NCBI GenBank assembly: GCA_050303855.1
Contig: JBNLCO010000010.1
Location: forward strand, 124,093 to 188,092
DNA from: Candidatus Pacearchaeota archaeon
GTDB lineage: Archaea; Nanobdellota; Nanobdellia; Pacearchaeales; GW2011-AR1
Reading direction: 5' to 3'
DNA: 64,000 nt
Positions 9,828 through 18,418 of this stretch are shown piece by piece. Below the pieces are notes generated by a model, which had not been told where the DNA came from, did not search any database, and worked only from the letters and a program-made list of their open reading frames with translations. The translations under genes were made by a program, and so were the position numbers. The stretch's first letter is position 1; the number at the start of each line of letters is the position of its first letter.

Positions 9828-10325
9828 ATGAAGAACAAATTTTCAACAAAATGGAAGGCAAGTAAGAGACCTTCAAAGCAGAGAAAGTATTTAGCAAATG
9901 CTCCTTTACATATAAAGGCAAAACTAGTTAGCGTAAATCTTGCAAAACCTCTTAGAAAGACTTCAGAAAAGAGAAATGTTCCAGTAAGAAAGGATGACAA
10001 GGTAAAGATTATGAGAGGTAAATTCAAAGGGAAAGAAGGAAAGGTTTTGAGTGTAAGTACAAAATATTCAAAAGTAATTGTCGAAGGAATAACAATCAAG
10101 AAAATGGATGGTTCACAAGCAAATGTTCCATTAAAACCTTCAAACTTACAGATAATTGAGATGACAGATAGAAAACAAAAAGCAGTTTCTGAGAAGAAGA
10201 CTGAAGTAAAAAAAAGAGTCTCTGAAACAAAGTCTCAGGACTCATCCGCTGTAGCGACGTCGAACGAAACACCTAAAAAGGAAGTTAAAGAAGTAAAAGA
10301 TAAAGGTAAGGAGAATAAAAAATGA
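9828..10325 (+). CDS. rpl24: 50S ribosomal protein L24 (uL24) with K/E-rich C-terminal extension
   Basis: KOW motif KDDKVKIMRGKFKGKEGKV. Confidence 0.85.
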   Translation: MKNKFSTKWKASKRPSKQRKYLANAPLHIKAKLVSVNLAKPLRKTSEKRNVPVRKDDKVKIMRGKFKGKEGKVLSVSTKYSKVIVEGITIKKMDGSQANVPLKPSNLQIIEMTDRKQKAVSEKKTEVKKRVSETKSQDSSAVATSNETPKKEVKEVKDKGKENKK

Positions 10326-10972
10326 AACATCTAAAGAGAGAAGTAGTACCAAAGAGTTGGCCAGTTCCAAGGAAAGGAACAACTTTTGTAGTTAGATCTA
10401 ACTCAAATCCTGAAAAGGGTGTTCCAATGTTGATATTCCTTAGAGATATGGTAAAGGTTTCTCAAAATAGAAAAGAAGTGAAGAGAGCTTTAGTTAACAA
10501 GAATATTCTAATTAATGGAAAATACGTTTCAGATGAGAAAAACGCAGTTGTATTACTTGATGTTGTTACAATTGTTCCATCAAAGAAATATTTCGTTCTT
10601 GATTTAACAGAAAACGGAAAGTTCGTTGCTAGAGAAATATCTGAGAAAGAGTCAATGAATAAAGTTTCAAAGATTACCGGAAAGAAATCTCTAAGAGGGA
10701 AGAAAACTCAAATTAATTTGATAGACGGAAGAAATTTCATCTCAAATGTAAAATGTGTAGTAGGAGATTCTGTTTTGATTGATTTCAAAGGAAATAAAAT
10801 TGAGAAATGTGTTCCATTGAAAGATAAAGCGAAAGTAATTATTTTTGCAGGAAAACACGCAGGAATGAAAGGAGAAATAGAAAAGATTGACGAGGAAAGA
10901 AAGATGGCTTCAGTGTCTTCAAATGGAGAAAAAATAAATGTTCTTGTTGAACAACTAATGGTAACAGAATAA
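10322..10972 (+). CDS. rps4e: 30S ribosomal protein S4e
   Basis: MKHLKREVVPKSWPVPRKGTTFVV.. is a typical eS4 N-terminus. Archaea/eukaryote-specific. Confidence 0.85.
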   Translation: MKHLKREVVPKSWPVPRKGTTFVVRSNSNPEKGVPMLIFLRDMVKVSQNRKEVKRALVNKNILINGKYVSDEKNAVVLLDVVTIVPSKKYFVLDLTENGKFVAREISEKESMNKVSKITGKKSLRGKKTQINLIDGRNFISNVKCVVGDSVLIDFKGNKIEKCVPLKDKAKVIIFAGKHAGMKGEIEKIDEERKMASVSSNGEKINVLVEQLMVTE

Positions 10973-10973
10973 A

Positions 10974-11492
10974 ATGGCAGAAGAAAAAACTGAAAAAGTA
11001 AACCCTATGAATGAGGTTAAAATTGAAAAGGTAGTTTTAAGCATAGGTGGGACTGGAGATTATTTGGATAGAGGTTACAGATTGTTGAAATATCTTACAG
11101 GAAAGAATCCTATGAAGACAAAGGCTCAGAAAAGAATTCCAGCATGGGGGGTTAGACCTGGTTTGGAAGTTGGAGCAACAGTAACATTAAGGAAAGATGC
11201 TATTGATTTTTTGAAGAGAATGTTGGTTACAATAGATAATAACTTGAAAAAGAAGCAAGTAAGTGAAAATAGTCTTTCATTTGGAATAAAAGAGTATATT
11301 GAAATACCTGATGTAGAATATCAAAGGGATATCGGTATAATGGGGTTCGATGTAACAATAACATTTAAGAGATCAGGAAGAAGAGTTAAATTAAGAAAGA
11401 TAAAATCTGGAAAAGTTGGAAAAAAACAGATTATAAAGAAGGAAGAAATAGTAAAATATATGGAGGATAATTTCGGAACGGAATTTATATAA
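10974..11492 (+). CDS. rpl5: 50S ribosomal protein L5 (uL5)
   Basis: ..MKTKAQKRIPAWGVRPG...GIMGFDV.. motifs. Confidence 0.9.
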   Translation: MAEEKTEKVNPMNEVKIEKVVLSIGGTGDYLDRGYRLLKYLTGKNPMKTKAQKRIPAWGVRPGLEVGATVTLRKDAIDFLKRMLVTIDNNLKKKQVSENSLSFGIKEYIEIPDVEYQRDIGIMGFDVTITFKRSGRRVKLRKIKSGKVGKKQIIKKEEIVKYMEDNFGTEFI

Positions 11493-11493
11493 A

Positions 11494-11760
11494 ATGGCAA
11501 ATAAAATAACTTTAAAGAATAGGGAGAAATTGAGGGAAGAGCTTGAGAAGTTAGTTGTACAAGTTGATGAGATAAACGACTTCATGGGGCAGTTACCTCA
11601 TAACAATCATGGGCAGGCAACTAGGAGCTTAAACCCTAAGAAAGGTGAATATTTAAGTCACTTTGATGGAAATAGCGAAGGCATAGTTGGAAAATATCGT
11701 TCAAAAAATGGAGAGGTTTATACTATTAGCGTATCAAAAGAATACGGAGGTGGAAAATAA
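11494..11760 (+). CDS. hypothetical small protein inserted between L5 and S14
   Basis: 88-aa ORF with TAAAATG junctions both sides. No recognisable family. Confidence 0.45.
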   Translation: MANKITLKNREKLREELEKLVVQVDEINDFMGQLPHNNHGQATRSLNPKKGEYLSHFDGNSEGIVGKYRSKNGEVYTISVSKEYGGGK

Positions 11761-11761
11761 A

Positions 11762-11992
11762 ATGACAGCAAGCAATTACGAAAAGATGTTGAAGCAATTA
11801 AGAAGCAAACCTGCAAAGATGCAGAGATACTTGAAGCACAATAAGCCAAAAACTAGAACTACTGGTAAGGCTTTGAGAAGATGTGAACAGACGGGACAAT
11901 TCGGAGGACACATAAAAATGTACGGATTGAACTTATGTAGACAGGCATTCAGAGAAATAGCGGAGGAATTAGGATTTAAGAAATACTCTTAA
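11762..11992 (+). CDS. rps14: 30S ribosomal protein S14 (type Z, zinc-binding)
   Basis: ..RRCEQTGQFGGHIKMYGLNLCRQ.. zinc-knuckle. Start chosen at the TAAAATG junction (11762), not the longer track ORF starting 11687. Confidence 0.8.
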   Translation: MTASNYEKMLKQLRSKPAKMQRYLKHNKPKTRTTGKALRRCEQTGQFGGHIKMYGLNLCRQAFREIAEELGFKKYS

Positions 11993-12006
11993 ATTGCAAA
12001 AGTAAA

Positions 12007-12387
12007 ATGAGTCACGATGTTGTAGCAGATGGATTGAATATGTTGAGAAATGCAGCTGTAGCTGGAAAAGAAACCGTGAAGATAAATAGAATCTCAAATG
12101 TTTTGATAGAAGTTCTTAAAATAATGAAGCAAGATGGAGCAATAAAGAAATATAAAATAGATTCTGAAGATAAATCTCTTACAGTTACAATAGACAAATT
12201 AGATGAATGTAAGGCAATAAAACCAAGATTCACTTGTGATGTTTCGCAAATAGAGAACTATAGAAGAAGATATCTTCCAGCAAGAGATGTTGGAACAATG
12301 ATACTTTCTACAAACAAAGGGTTAATGACTCACAAAGAGGCAACAGAAGAAAATATTGGAGGATGCCTAATTGCATATTTCTATTAA
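12007..12387 (+). CDS. rps8: 30S ribosomal protein S8 (uS8)
   Basis: MSHDVVADGLNMLRNA.. is a canonical uS8 N-terminus. Confidence 0.9.
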   Translation: MSHDVVADGLNMLRNAAVAGKETVKINRISNVLIEVLKIMKQDGAIKKYKIDSEDKSLTVTIDKLDECKAIKPRFTCDVSQIENYRRRYLPARDVGTMILSTNKGLMTHKEATEENIGGCLIAYFY

Positions 12388-12388
12388 A

Positions 12389-12931
12389 ATGAAAAAACCT
12401 TTATCAAAAATAATTGAAATTCCTGAAGGAGTGGAAGTTGCTCTAGATGGAAGAGATGTTAAGGTAAAAGGCCCAGAAGGAGAGATAACTAAAGATTTTG
12501 ATTTTGGGACTTTAGATATTGTTATCAAAGATGGAAAGATAGAATTAAGCCATAAAAGTGCAACAAAGACTGAAAAGAGAACAATGAATACTTTTGCAGC
12601 GCATATACTAAACATGATTAAAGGTGTTCAAGAGAAATTCGAATATACGCTTAAGGTTGCTTCAAGCCACTTCCCTATGACTGTGAAGGTAGAAGGAAAC
12701 ATTGCAACAATAAAGAATTATTACGGAGAAAAAACTGATAGAAAAACAAAAATTCCGAAAGGAGTTGAGGTAGAAGTTAACAAAGATTCAATTGTTGTTA
12801 AGTCTGTTGATAAAGAACTTGCAGGTCAGGCTGCAGCAAATTTCGAGAACGCTACAAAAGTTAGAAATAGGGATAGAAGAATTTTCCAAGATGGAATTTA
12901 CATAACTAAAAAACACGATAAAGCTATTTAA
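12389..12931 (+). CDS. rpl6: 50S ribosomal protein L6 (uL6)
   Basis: ..IPEGVEVALDGRDVKVKGPEG.. Start at the TAAAATG junction. Confidence 0.85.
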   Translation: MKKPLSKIIEIPEGVEVALDGRDVKVKGPEGEITKDFDFGTLDIVIKDGKIELSHKSATKTEKRTMNTFAAHILNMIKGVQEKFEYTLKVASSHFPMTVKVEGNIATIKNYYGEKTDRKTKIPKGVEVEVNKDSIVVKSVDKELAGQAAANFENATKVRNRDRRIFQDGIYITKKHDKAI

Positions 12932-12936
12932 TTAAA

Positions 12937-13341
12937 ATGACCGAAAAGAAAAAACCAAATTTCAAGAGAAAGGACTCACACAAGTATTCTAAGCTTGGAA
13001 AGTCAAGAAAGAATAAACAGAAGTGGAAGAAACCTACTGGAAGAGATAACAAAATGCGTGAGAAGAAGAAGGGTCATCCAGCGGTTGTTTCAATAGGGTA
13101 TAAGACAAACACTTCAATAAGAGGAAAAGTGGAAGAAAAGAAACCAGTTTATGTTTACAACATCAAGGATTTGGAAAATGTAAACACAAATGAAATTGTA
13201 ATTGTTGGAAATGTTGGGATGAAGAAGAAAGTAGAAATTACAAAGGTTGCAAAAGAAAAGAAAATCAAAATAAAAAACATTAATGAGAAAAAATTAATGA
13301 AGAAAGTTAAGAAAAAAACAACTAAGGAGAGTAAAAAATGA
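12937..13341 (+). CDS. rpl32e: 50S ribosomal protein L32e
   Basis: ..KWKKPTGRDNKMR.. eL32 motif. Archaea/eukaryote-specific. Confidence 0.8.
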   Translation: MTEKKKPNFKRKDSHKYSKLGKSRKNKQKWKKPTGRDNKMREKKKGHPAVVSIGYKTNTSIRGKVEEKKPVYVYNIKDLENVNTNEIVIVGNVGMKKKVEITKVAKEKKIKIKNINEKKLMKKVKKKTTKESKK

Positions 13342-13805
13342 ATTTGAGATCAAAGAAGGAGCTAGCTGCAAGAACATTCAAGGTTGGTAAAGAAAGAATT
13401 ACTTTCATTAAAGAAAGATTGGATGAAGTAAAAGAAGCTATAACTAAACAAGATATGATTGGTTTGGAGAAAGACGGAGCAATAAAGGTAAAGGAAGTAA
13501 GTGGGAGAAAGAAGGTACATACTGTAAGAAATAGAAGCCCAGGGAACGTAAGAAAGAAGGTTAACACTAGAAAAAGGGACTATGTTATCATGACTAGAAA
13601 GCTTAGACAACACGTTAGACACCTTAAATCCAATGGAGAATTAAGCCCTGAAGAAGTTAAAGAAATAAGAAAAAGAATAAGAAACAAAGGATTTAAGAGT
13701 AAAGCACATATGAAAGAACAGATAGCAACAAAGAATTATTCCTCTGTTCAAGTATCAGGAAAATCAAAAAATAAAAAAACTAAATCAAGTAAAAAGAAAA
13801 AATGA
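13338..13805 (+). CDS. rpl19e: 50S ribosomal protein L19e with K-rich tail
   Basis: MNLRSKKELAARTFKVGKERI.. is a typical eL19 N-terminus. Confidence 0.8.
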   Translation: MNLRSKKELAARTFKVGKERITFIKERLDEVKEAITKQDMIGLEKDGAIKVKEVSGRKKVHTVRNRSPGNVRKKVNTRKRDYVIMTRKLRQHVRHLKSNGELSPEEVKEIRKRIRNKGFKSKAHMKEQIATKNYSSVQVSGKSKNKKTKSSKKKK

Positions 13806-14290
13806 AAGTACAAAAACGAAGAAGAAGAGAAAATAAGACAGACTATCTTAAGAGAATGAAGCTTCTTAAGAGCGCAAAGCCAAGAGTAGTATTCAGAAAA
13901 ACAAACAAATATGTTATTGCGCAATATGTTGTTAGTGATGAAGCTAAAGATAAAGTTGTATTTGGAGTAAGTTCAAAAGATTTGTTAAAGAAAGGTTGGG
14001 ATGAAAATGCTAAAGGATCTTTGAAGTCAATACCTGCAACATATTTAACAGGGTATTATGCTGGTAAAAAAATCTTGAAAGAAGGGCTTGAAACTCCAAT
14101 AGTGGATTTAGGTATGATAAAAACTTTACATAAAACAAAGGTTTTTGCTTTTATCAAAGGTTTAATTGATTCTGGAGTAGAAATTGGATCAAAAGAAGAA
14201 GCATTCCCTGAAGAAGAAAGAATAAATGGAGAAAGTTTAAAGAACAAGGTAGACATTCAAAAAATTAAATCAAGTTTAGATAAAGAATAA
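13802..14290 (+). CDS. rpl18: 50S ribosomal protein L18 (uL18)
   Basis: ..RRRRENKTDYLKRMKLLKS..PRVVFRKTNKYVIAQ.. motifs. Confidence 0.8.
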   Translation: MKVQKRRRRENKTDYLKRMKLLKSAKPRVVFRKTNKYVIAQYVVSDEAKDKVVFGVSSKDLLKKGWDENAKGSLKSIPATYLTGYYAGKKILKEGLETPIVDLGMIKTLHKTKVFAFIKGLIDSGVEIGSKEEAFPEEERINGESLKNKVDIQKIKSSLDKE

Positions 14291-14291
14291 A

Positions 14292-15158
14292 ATGACCGAA
14301 AAAGAACTTAATAAAAAAACTGCAGAAGCATACAAAGATAATTTGAATACTGACGCGGAAGAAGCTACAGAGAAAATGATAAAGGATGAAGAAAATGATG
14401 AATATGCAGAAGTTCCTGAAGAAGTTTTAGATGAGAAAGAACTTAAGGAATTAAAAGAGATGGAAAAGGACACTAAGAAGCCTGGAAGGGACAGAAGAGA
14501 TAGCGCTCCTGCAGAAGCATGGTCTCCTATTACAAAGTTAGGGGTTGCTGTAAAAGAAGGAACAATCAAAGATATTGATGAAATTATTGAGAAAAAAATG
14601 AAGATCCTTGAACCAGAAATAGTTGATAAATTAATACCTGTTGAATCAGATTTAATTTCTATAGGGCAATCTAAAGGTAAGTTTGGTGGTGGAAAAAGGA
14701 GAGCATGGAGACAGACTCAAAGAAAAAAGAAGGAAGGAAATGTTGCTACATTCTCAGCTATGGCCGTTATTGGCGATGGTAATGGTCATGTGGGTATTGG
14801 AACAGGAAAGTCTACAGAGACTCTTCCAGCAAGAGATAAAGCTACAAGAAAAGCTAAAATTAATGTAATAAAAATTATTAGGGGGGATGGAAGTTTCGAT
14901 TCTGTTGGAGGAGGAAATACAAGTATTCCATTCAAAGTTTCAGGTCAAGCAGGAAGTGTAAGAATTACTTTAATGCCTGCTGCTCCAGGTACAGGTCTTG
15001 TTGCAGGGGATGAAATGAAGAAGATACTTAGAATTGCAGGAATAAAAGATATATACTCAAAAACAGAAGGAAAATTGTCTACAAAGTTTAACCTTGCAAA
15101 AGCAACAATAGATGCACTTAAGAAAACAAATCCTTTGTATAAGAGGGCAAAACAATAA
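14292..15158 (+). CDS. rps5: 30S ribosomal protein S5 (uS5) with acidic/K-rich N-terminal extension
   Basis: ..GGGKRRAWRQTQRKKKEGN...AVIGDGNGHVGIGTGKS.. motifs. Confidence 0.9.
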   Translation: MTEKELNKKTAEAYKDNLNTDAEEATEKMIKDEENDEYAEVPEEVLDEKELKELKEMEKDTKKPGRDRRDSAPAEAWSPITKLGVAVKEGTIKDIDEIIEKKMKILEPEIVDKLIPVESDLISIGQSKGKFGGGKRRAWRQTQRKKKEGNVATFSAMAVIGDGNGHVGIGTGKSTETLPARDKATRKAKINVIKIIRGDGSFDSVGGGNTSIPFKVSGQAGSVRITLMPAAPGTGLVAGDEMKKILRIAGIKDIYSKTEGKLSTKFNLAKATIDALKKTNPLYKRAKQ

Positions 15159-15159
15159 A

Positions 15160-15522
15160 ATGAAAATCGCAGTAATAAGGATAAAAGGAATGGTTGGACT
15201 AAAAACAGACATAGCTGAGACTTTGGATAGATTAAGATTGAGAAGAAAATATGCGTGTGTGGTTATAGAAGATACACCAGAGAATTTAGGAATGATAAAG
15301 AAGGTTGGAGACTTTGTTGCACATGGCCCTATTGATGAAAAAACCTACAAAGAATTAGTTGATAAGAGAGGAAAGAAAGATTCTGAAGGCAAACTTAAAC
15401 CATTCTTTAGATTGCACCCTGCTAGAGGCGGAATGGAAACTAAAAAACACTTTGGAGTGGGTAAAGGAGTTTTAGGAAATAATAAAGATAAAATAAATGA
15501 ATTAATAGGGAGGATGTTGTGA
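15160..15522 (+). CDS. rpl30: 50S ribosomal protein L30 (uL30)
   Basis: MKIAVIRIKGMVGLKTDIAETLDRLRLRRK.. Start taken at the internal Met at the TAAAATG junction. Confidence 0.8.
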   Translation: MKIAVIRIKGMVGLKTDIAETLDRLRLRRKYACVVIEDTPENLGMIKKVGDFVAHGPIDEKTYKELVDKRGKKDSEGKLKPFFRLHPARGGMETKKHFGVGKGVLGNNKDKINELIGRML

Positions 15523-15523
15523 A

Positions 15524-15742
15524 GTGTCCGAGTACTATAAGGGCAAAAAAATTAATGGCGAGCTTATTTGCGGAGTGAGTGATCAGGGAAACTACAATCC
15601 TATAATTACAACCGTTTCAAAGTCAGAGGACGAGAATTTAAGGAATACTTATGTTCTCAAAGAAGACATCCTTGAGTTTGTCAAGGCCGATCCGCTAACA
15701 GACAAACAAGCTAGAAATTACATAAACAAATCAAAAAGATAA
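15524..15742 (+). CDS. hypothetical small protein inserted between L30 and L15 (GTG start)
   Basis: 72-aa ORF with one Cys. GTG start one base after the L30 stop and a TAAAATG junction into L15. No recognisable family. Confidence 0.35.
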   Translation: MSEYYKGKKINGELICGVSDQGNYNPIITTVSKSEDENLRNTYVLKEDILEFVKADPLTDKQARNYINKSKR

Positions 15743-15743
15743 A

Positions 15744-16235
15744 ATGGCGCAAAGAACACATAAAAGAAAAAAATCAACAAGATACCATGGAAGGAATATG
15801 GGTACTTCTAGCAATGGTTCTAGAAAAACACATAGAAGTTCAGGTAATAAAGGTGGAACGGGATTATCTGGTACTGGAAAGAGAGCAGACCATAAGAAAA
15901 CATTGATAAACAAATTATACGGAAATAATTACTTTGGGAAACAAGGAATTACCTCTAAGAAGACTCAGAGAGATAAGAGATTAAGAATAACTCTTTCTCA
16001 AATAATGAATAACCTTGAAAGCTATGGAAAAAAGACTGCAAAAGGTTGGGAAATTGATTTAAGCAAGTACAAAATACTTGGTAAAATTGAAGTTAAGGAA
16101 AAATTAATAATAAAGGCTCTTGAAGCATCAAAAGGAGCAATTGAATCGGTTAAGAAATCTGGTGGAGAGATAGTTTTGCCTGTTCCTAAAAAGAAGGTTG
16201 AAGTCAAAAGTTCCGACGATGGCAAAGAAGAATAG
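15744..16235 (+). CDS. rpl15: 50S ribosomal protein L15 (uL15)
   Basis: ..HKRKKSTRYHGRNMGTSSNG..GGTGLSGTGKRADHKK.. motifs. Confidence 0.85.
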   Translation: MAQRTHKRKKSTRYHGRNMGTSSNGSRKTHRSSGNKGGTGLSGTGKRADHKKTLINKLYGNNYFGKQGITSKKTQRDKRLRITLSQIMNNLESYGKKTAKGWEIDLSKYKILGKIEVKEKLIIKALEASKGAIESVKKSGGEIVLPVPKKKVEVKSSDDGKEE

Positions 16236-16266
16236 TTTTAAAAACACTCTTTCTTAATTCTATACT

Positions 16267-17661
16267 ATGGCAAATCTTACGAAGATATTCTCTTTAATTC
16301 CTGAAGTTAGGAATCCAGATGAAAAGAAGCTAGCTTTTAATGTGAAGCTTAAGTGGACACTTGTTGTATTGATAGGATTTTTTATTTTAGCAAACATACC
16401 TTTGTTTGGTTTGACGAATAATGCTTTGGAGAGATTCCAATATTTAGCTATAATTTTAGGGACAGATTTTGGTTCAATAATTTCTTTAGGTATTGGTCCG
16501 ATCGTTATGGCTTCGATTATATTGCAGTTGTTAACGGGAGCGGGTATTTTAAACATAAATACAAACACTGCAGAAGGAAAGAAGTTTTTCCAAGGAGTTC
16601 AGAAATTAATGGTGTTCTTCTTTATATTATTTGAAGCCACAGTTTATGTATTAATGAAAGGTCTTGAAGCTGCCCCTGGACTTGCAGGAATAGTTATCTT
16701 CCAACTTATAATTGGAGGTATTGCGATTTACTATATGAATGAACTTTGTGAAAAATGGGGATTCGGTTCGGGAGTTAGTTTGTTCATTGCAGCGGGAGTA
16801 TCTTGGAATCTATTTACTGGTGCATTCCAGTTCATAAATCAGCAAGGTAGAAACTGTCTTGCAGATTTCTCGGGAACTGCATGTTCAGGAAAGATTTTCG
16901 TATTAATACAATCAATTGTGAATAAGTACCCTGTTGAATTTATGTCCGCACTTGGGGCTATTGTAGCAACGGTTGCTATATTTTTGTTGGTAGTTTGGGC
17001 CCAATCGCTTAAGGTAGAAATTCCTTTGAGTTTTGGAAGAATTAGAGGATATGGTGTAAAGTGGCCTTTGAGTTTCTTCTACGCTTCAGTTATCCCTGTT
17101 ATTTTAACTGCTGCTTTAGTTGCAAACATACAACTATTTGGAGGGCTTTTGGAGAATTGGAGAGGTCATGCAACATTCCTAGGTCATTTCGTAAATGGTC
17201 AGGCAGTGTCCGGTTTAGGGTTCTGGCTTGGGCATACGAATTTGCTTGAATTGGCAATAAGAGGAGGATTCTTACCTAGGTTCTTAGTCCAAGGATTGAC
17301 GCACATAATATTCTATACTGGACTTGCAATGTTGTTCTCGATATTTTGGGTTAAAAGTTCTGGAATGGACTCAAAAGCTCAAGCTCAAAAGATATCTTCA
17401 TCAGGATTACAAGTTGCAGGTTTCAGACAAGATAACAGAGTTTTGGAAAGCATATTAGATAGATATATAATGCCTTTAACAGTTATGGGAGGAGCGGCAA
17501 TAGGATTGCTAGCTGCTTTAACAGACTTGTTAGGTGCTATGGTTTCAGGAACAGCGATACTTTTGGTTATCATGATAATGTTCCAATTCTATCAGAGTAT
17601 TGCACAACAACACATGACAGATATGAATCCTGCTATGAGGAAGTTTATGGGAAATGCATAA
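16267..17661 (+). CDS. secY: preprotein translocase subunit SecY
   Basis: 464 aa, 10 TM. ..LGIGPIVMASIILQLL.. plug/TM2 region. Canonical position after L15. Confidence 0.9.
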   Translation: MANLTKIFSLIPEVRNPDEKKLAFNVKLKWTLVVLIGFFILANIPLFGLTNNALERFQYLAIILGTDFGSIISLGIGPIVMASIILQLLTGAGILNINTNTAEGKKFFQGVQKLMVFFFILFEATVYVLMKGLEAAPGLAGIVIFQLIIGGIAIYYMNELCEKWGFGSGVSLFIAAGVSWNLFTGAFQFINQQGRNCLADFSGTACSGKIFVLIQSIVNKYPVEFMSALGAIVATVAIFLLVVWAQSLKVEIPLSFGRIRGYGVKWPLSFFYASVIPVILTAALVANIQLFGGLLENWRGHATFLGHFVNGQAVSGLGFWLGHTNLLELAIRGGFLPRFLVQGLTHIIFYTGLAMLFSIFWVKSSGMDSKAQAQKISSSGLQVAGFRQDNRVLESILDRYIMPLTVMGGAAIGLLAALTDLLGAMVSGTAILLVIMIMFQFYQSIAQQHMTDMNPAMRKFMGNA

Positions 17662-18376
17662 GATGACAGAAGAAGAAAATACAAAAAAAGAGGAAGTGGA
17701 CGATACTGTTTCTGAAGAAGTTTTGAAGGTTGAAGAGAAAACTCCCGAGGAAGATAAAAAAACTGAAGAAGTTAAAGAGGAAATTGTTCAAGAGAAAAAA
17801 ACTGATCCAAGGAATTCAAGCAACCTTATGAAAGATAAGAATGCTAAAGAAGGAAGTTTTACACCATTAGTTTTGATTATGATTGCTTCACTAGTTATTG
17901 CATTTTATTGGGATAAAATATCATTCATAAAAGAAGCGATACACTTTATTTTTAATCCAACCGCTGGAGCATTATTGGATTGGAATTTAAACATTGGTAT
18001 GTTGATTATAGTTTTTATTATTTCTATTATTACAACACTAGTTCAGAAATATGCAACGGACCAAGATAAGTTGAAAGAATTGAAGAAAGAGCAGAAAGAA
18101 ATACAAAAGCAGATGAAAGAGTTCAAGAATCATCCTGAGAAAATCATGGAGTTGCAGAAAAAACAATTTGCAATGATGCCAAAGCAGATGAAGTTGTCTA
18201 TGAGAGGTATTGCTTATACAGGTATACCGTTTATATTGTTCTTTAGATGGTTTAATGATTATTTCTTAGCTGCAGGAAATCCAAAATTCATTCTTGGATT
18301 GAGTTGGTTCTGGTTCTATTTGATATTTGCAATGGTATTCAGTTCTATCCTTAGGAAGAAAATGGATGTTGTTTAG
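17654..18376 (+). CDS. DUF106 family membrane protein (archaeal YidC/Oxa1/EMC3-like insertase) with acidic/K-rich N-terminal extension
   Basis: Arrangement TM1 - charged coiled-coil hairpin (KELKKEQKEIQKQMKEF) - TM2 - TM3 matches DUF106. Conserved archaeal position downstream of secY. Confidence 0.55.
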   Translation: MHKMTEEENTKKEEVDDTVSEEVLKVEEKTPEEDKKTEEVKEEIVQEKKTDPRNSSNLMKDKNAKEGSFTPLVLIMIASLVIAFYWDKISFIKEAIHFIFNPTAGALLDWNLNIGMLIIVFIISIITTLVQKYATDQDKLKELKKEQKEIQKQMKEFKNHPEKIMELQKKQFAMMPKQMKLSMRGIAYTGIPFILFFRWFNDYFLAAGNPKFILGLSWFWFYLIFAMVFSSILRKKMDVV

Positions 18377-18418
18377 ACCATTCAAAACCCTTAAAAATGC
18401 TTTTTATCTGGATTATTC

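Noticed and set aside
7158-10099. Multiple minus-strand ORFs (7158..7415, 7223..7810, 7692..8090, 8793..9197, 8963..9208, 9515..10099) inside the ribosomal operon
   Set aside because: Each is antisense to strongly conserved r-protein genes. F/L/S-rich translations of the K/E-rich sense strand. No start/junction signals.
11687-11761. Longer N-terminal extension of the S14 ORF (track start 11687)
   Set aside because: Would overlap the preceding small ORF in another frame. The conserved S14 sequence begins at the TAAAATG junction Met (11762).
17061-17249. 62-aa plus-strand ORF inside secY
   Set aside because: Alternative frame within a clearly conserved SecY coding region.
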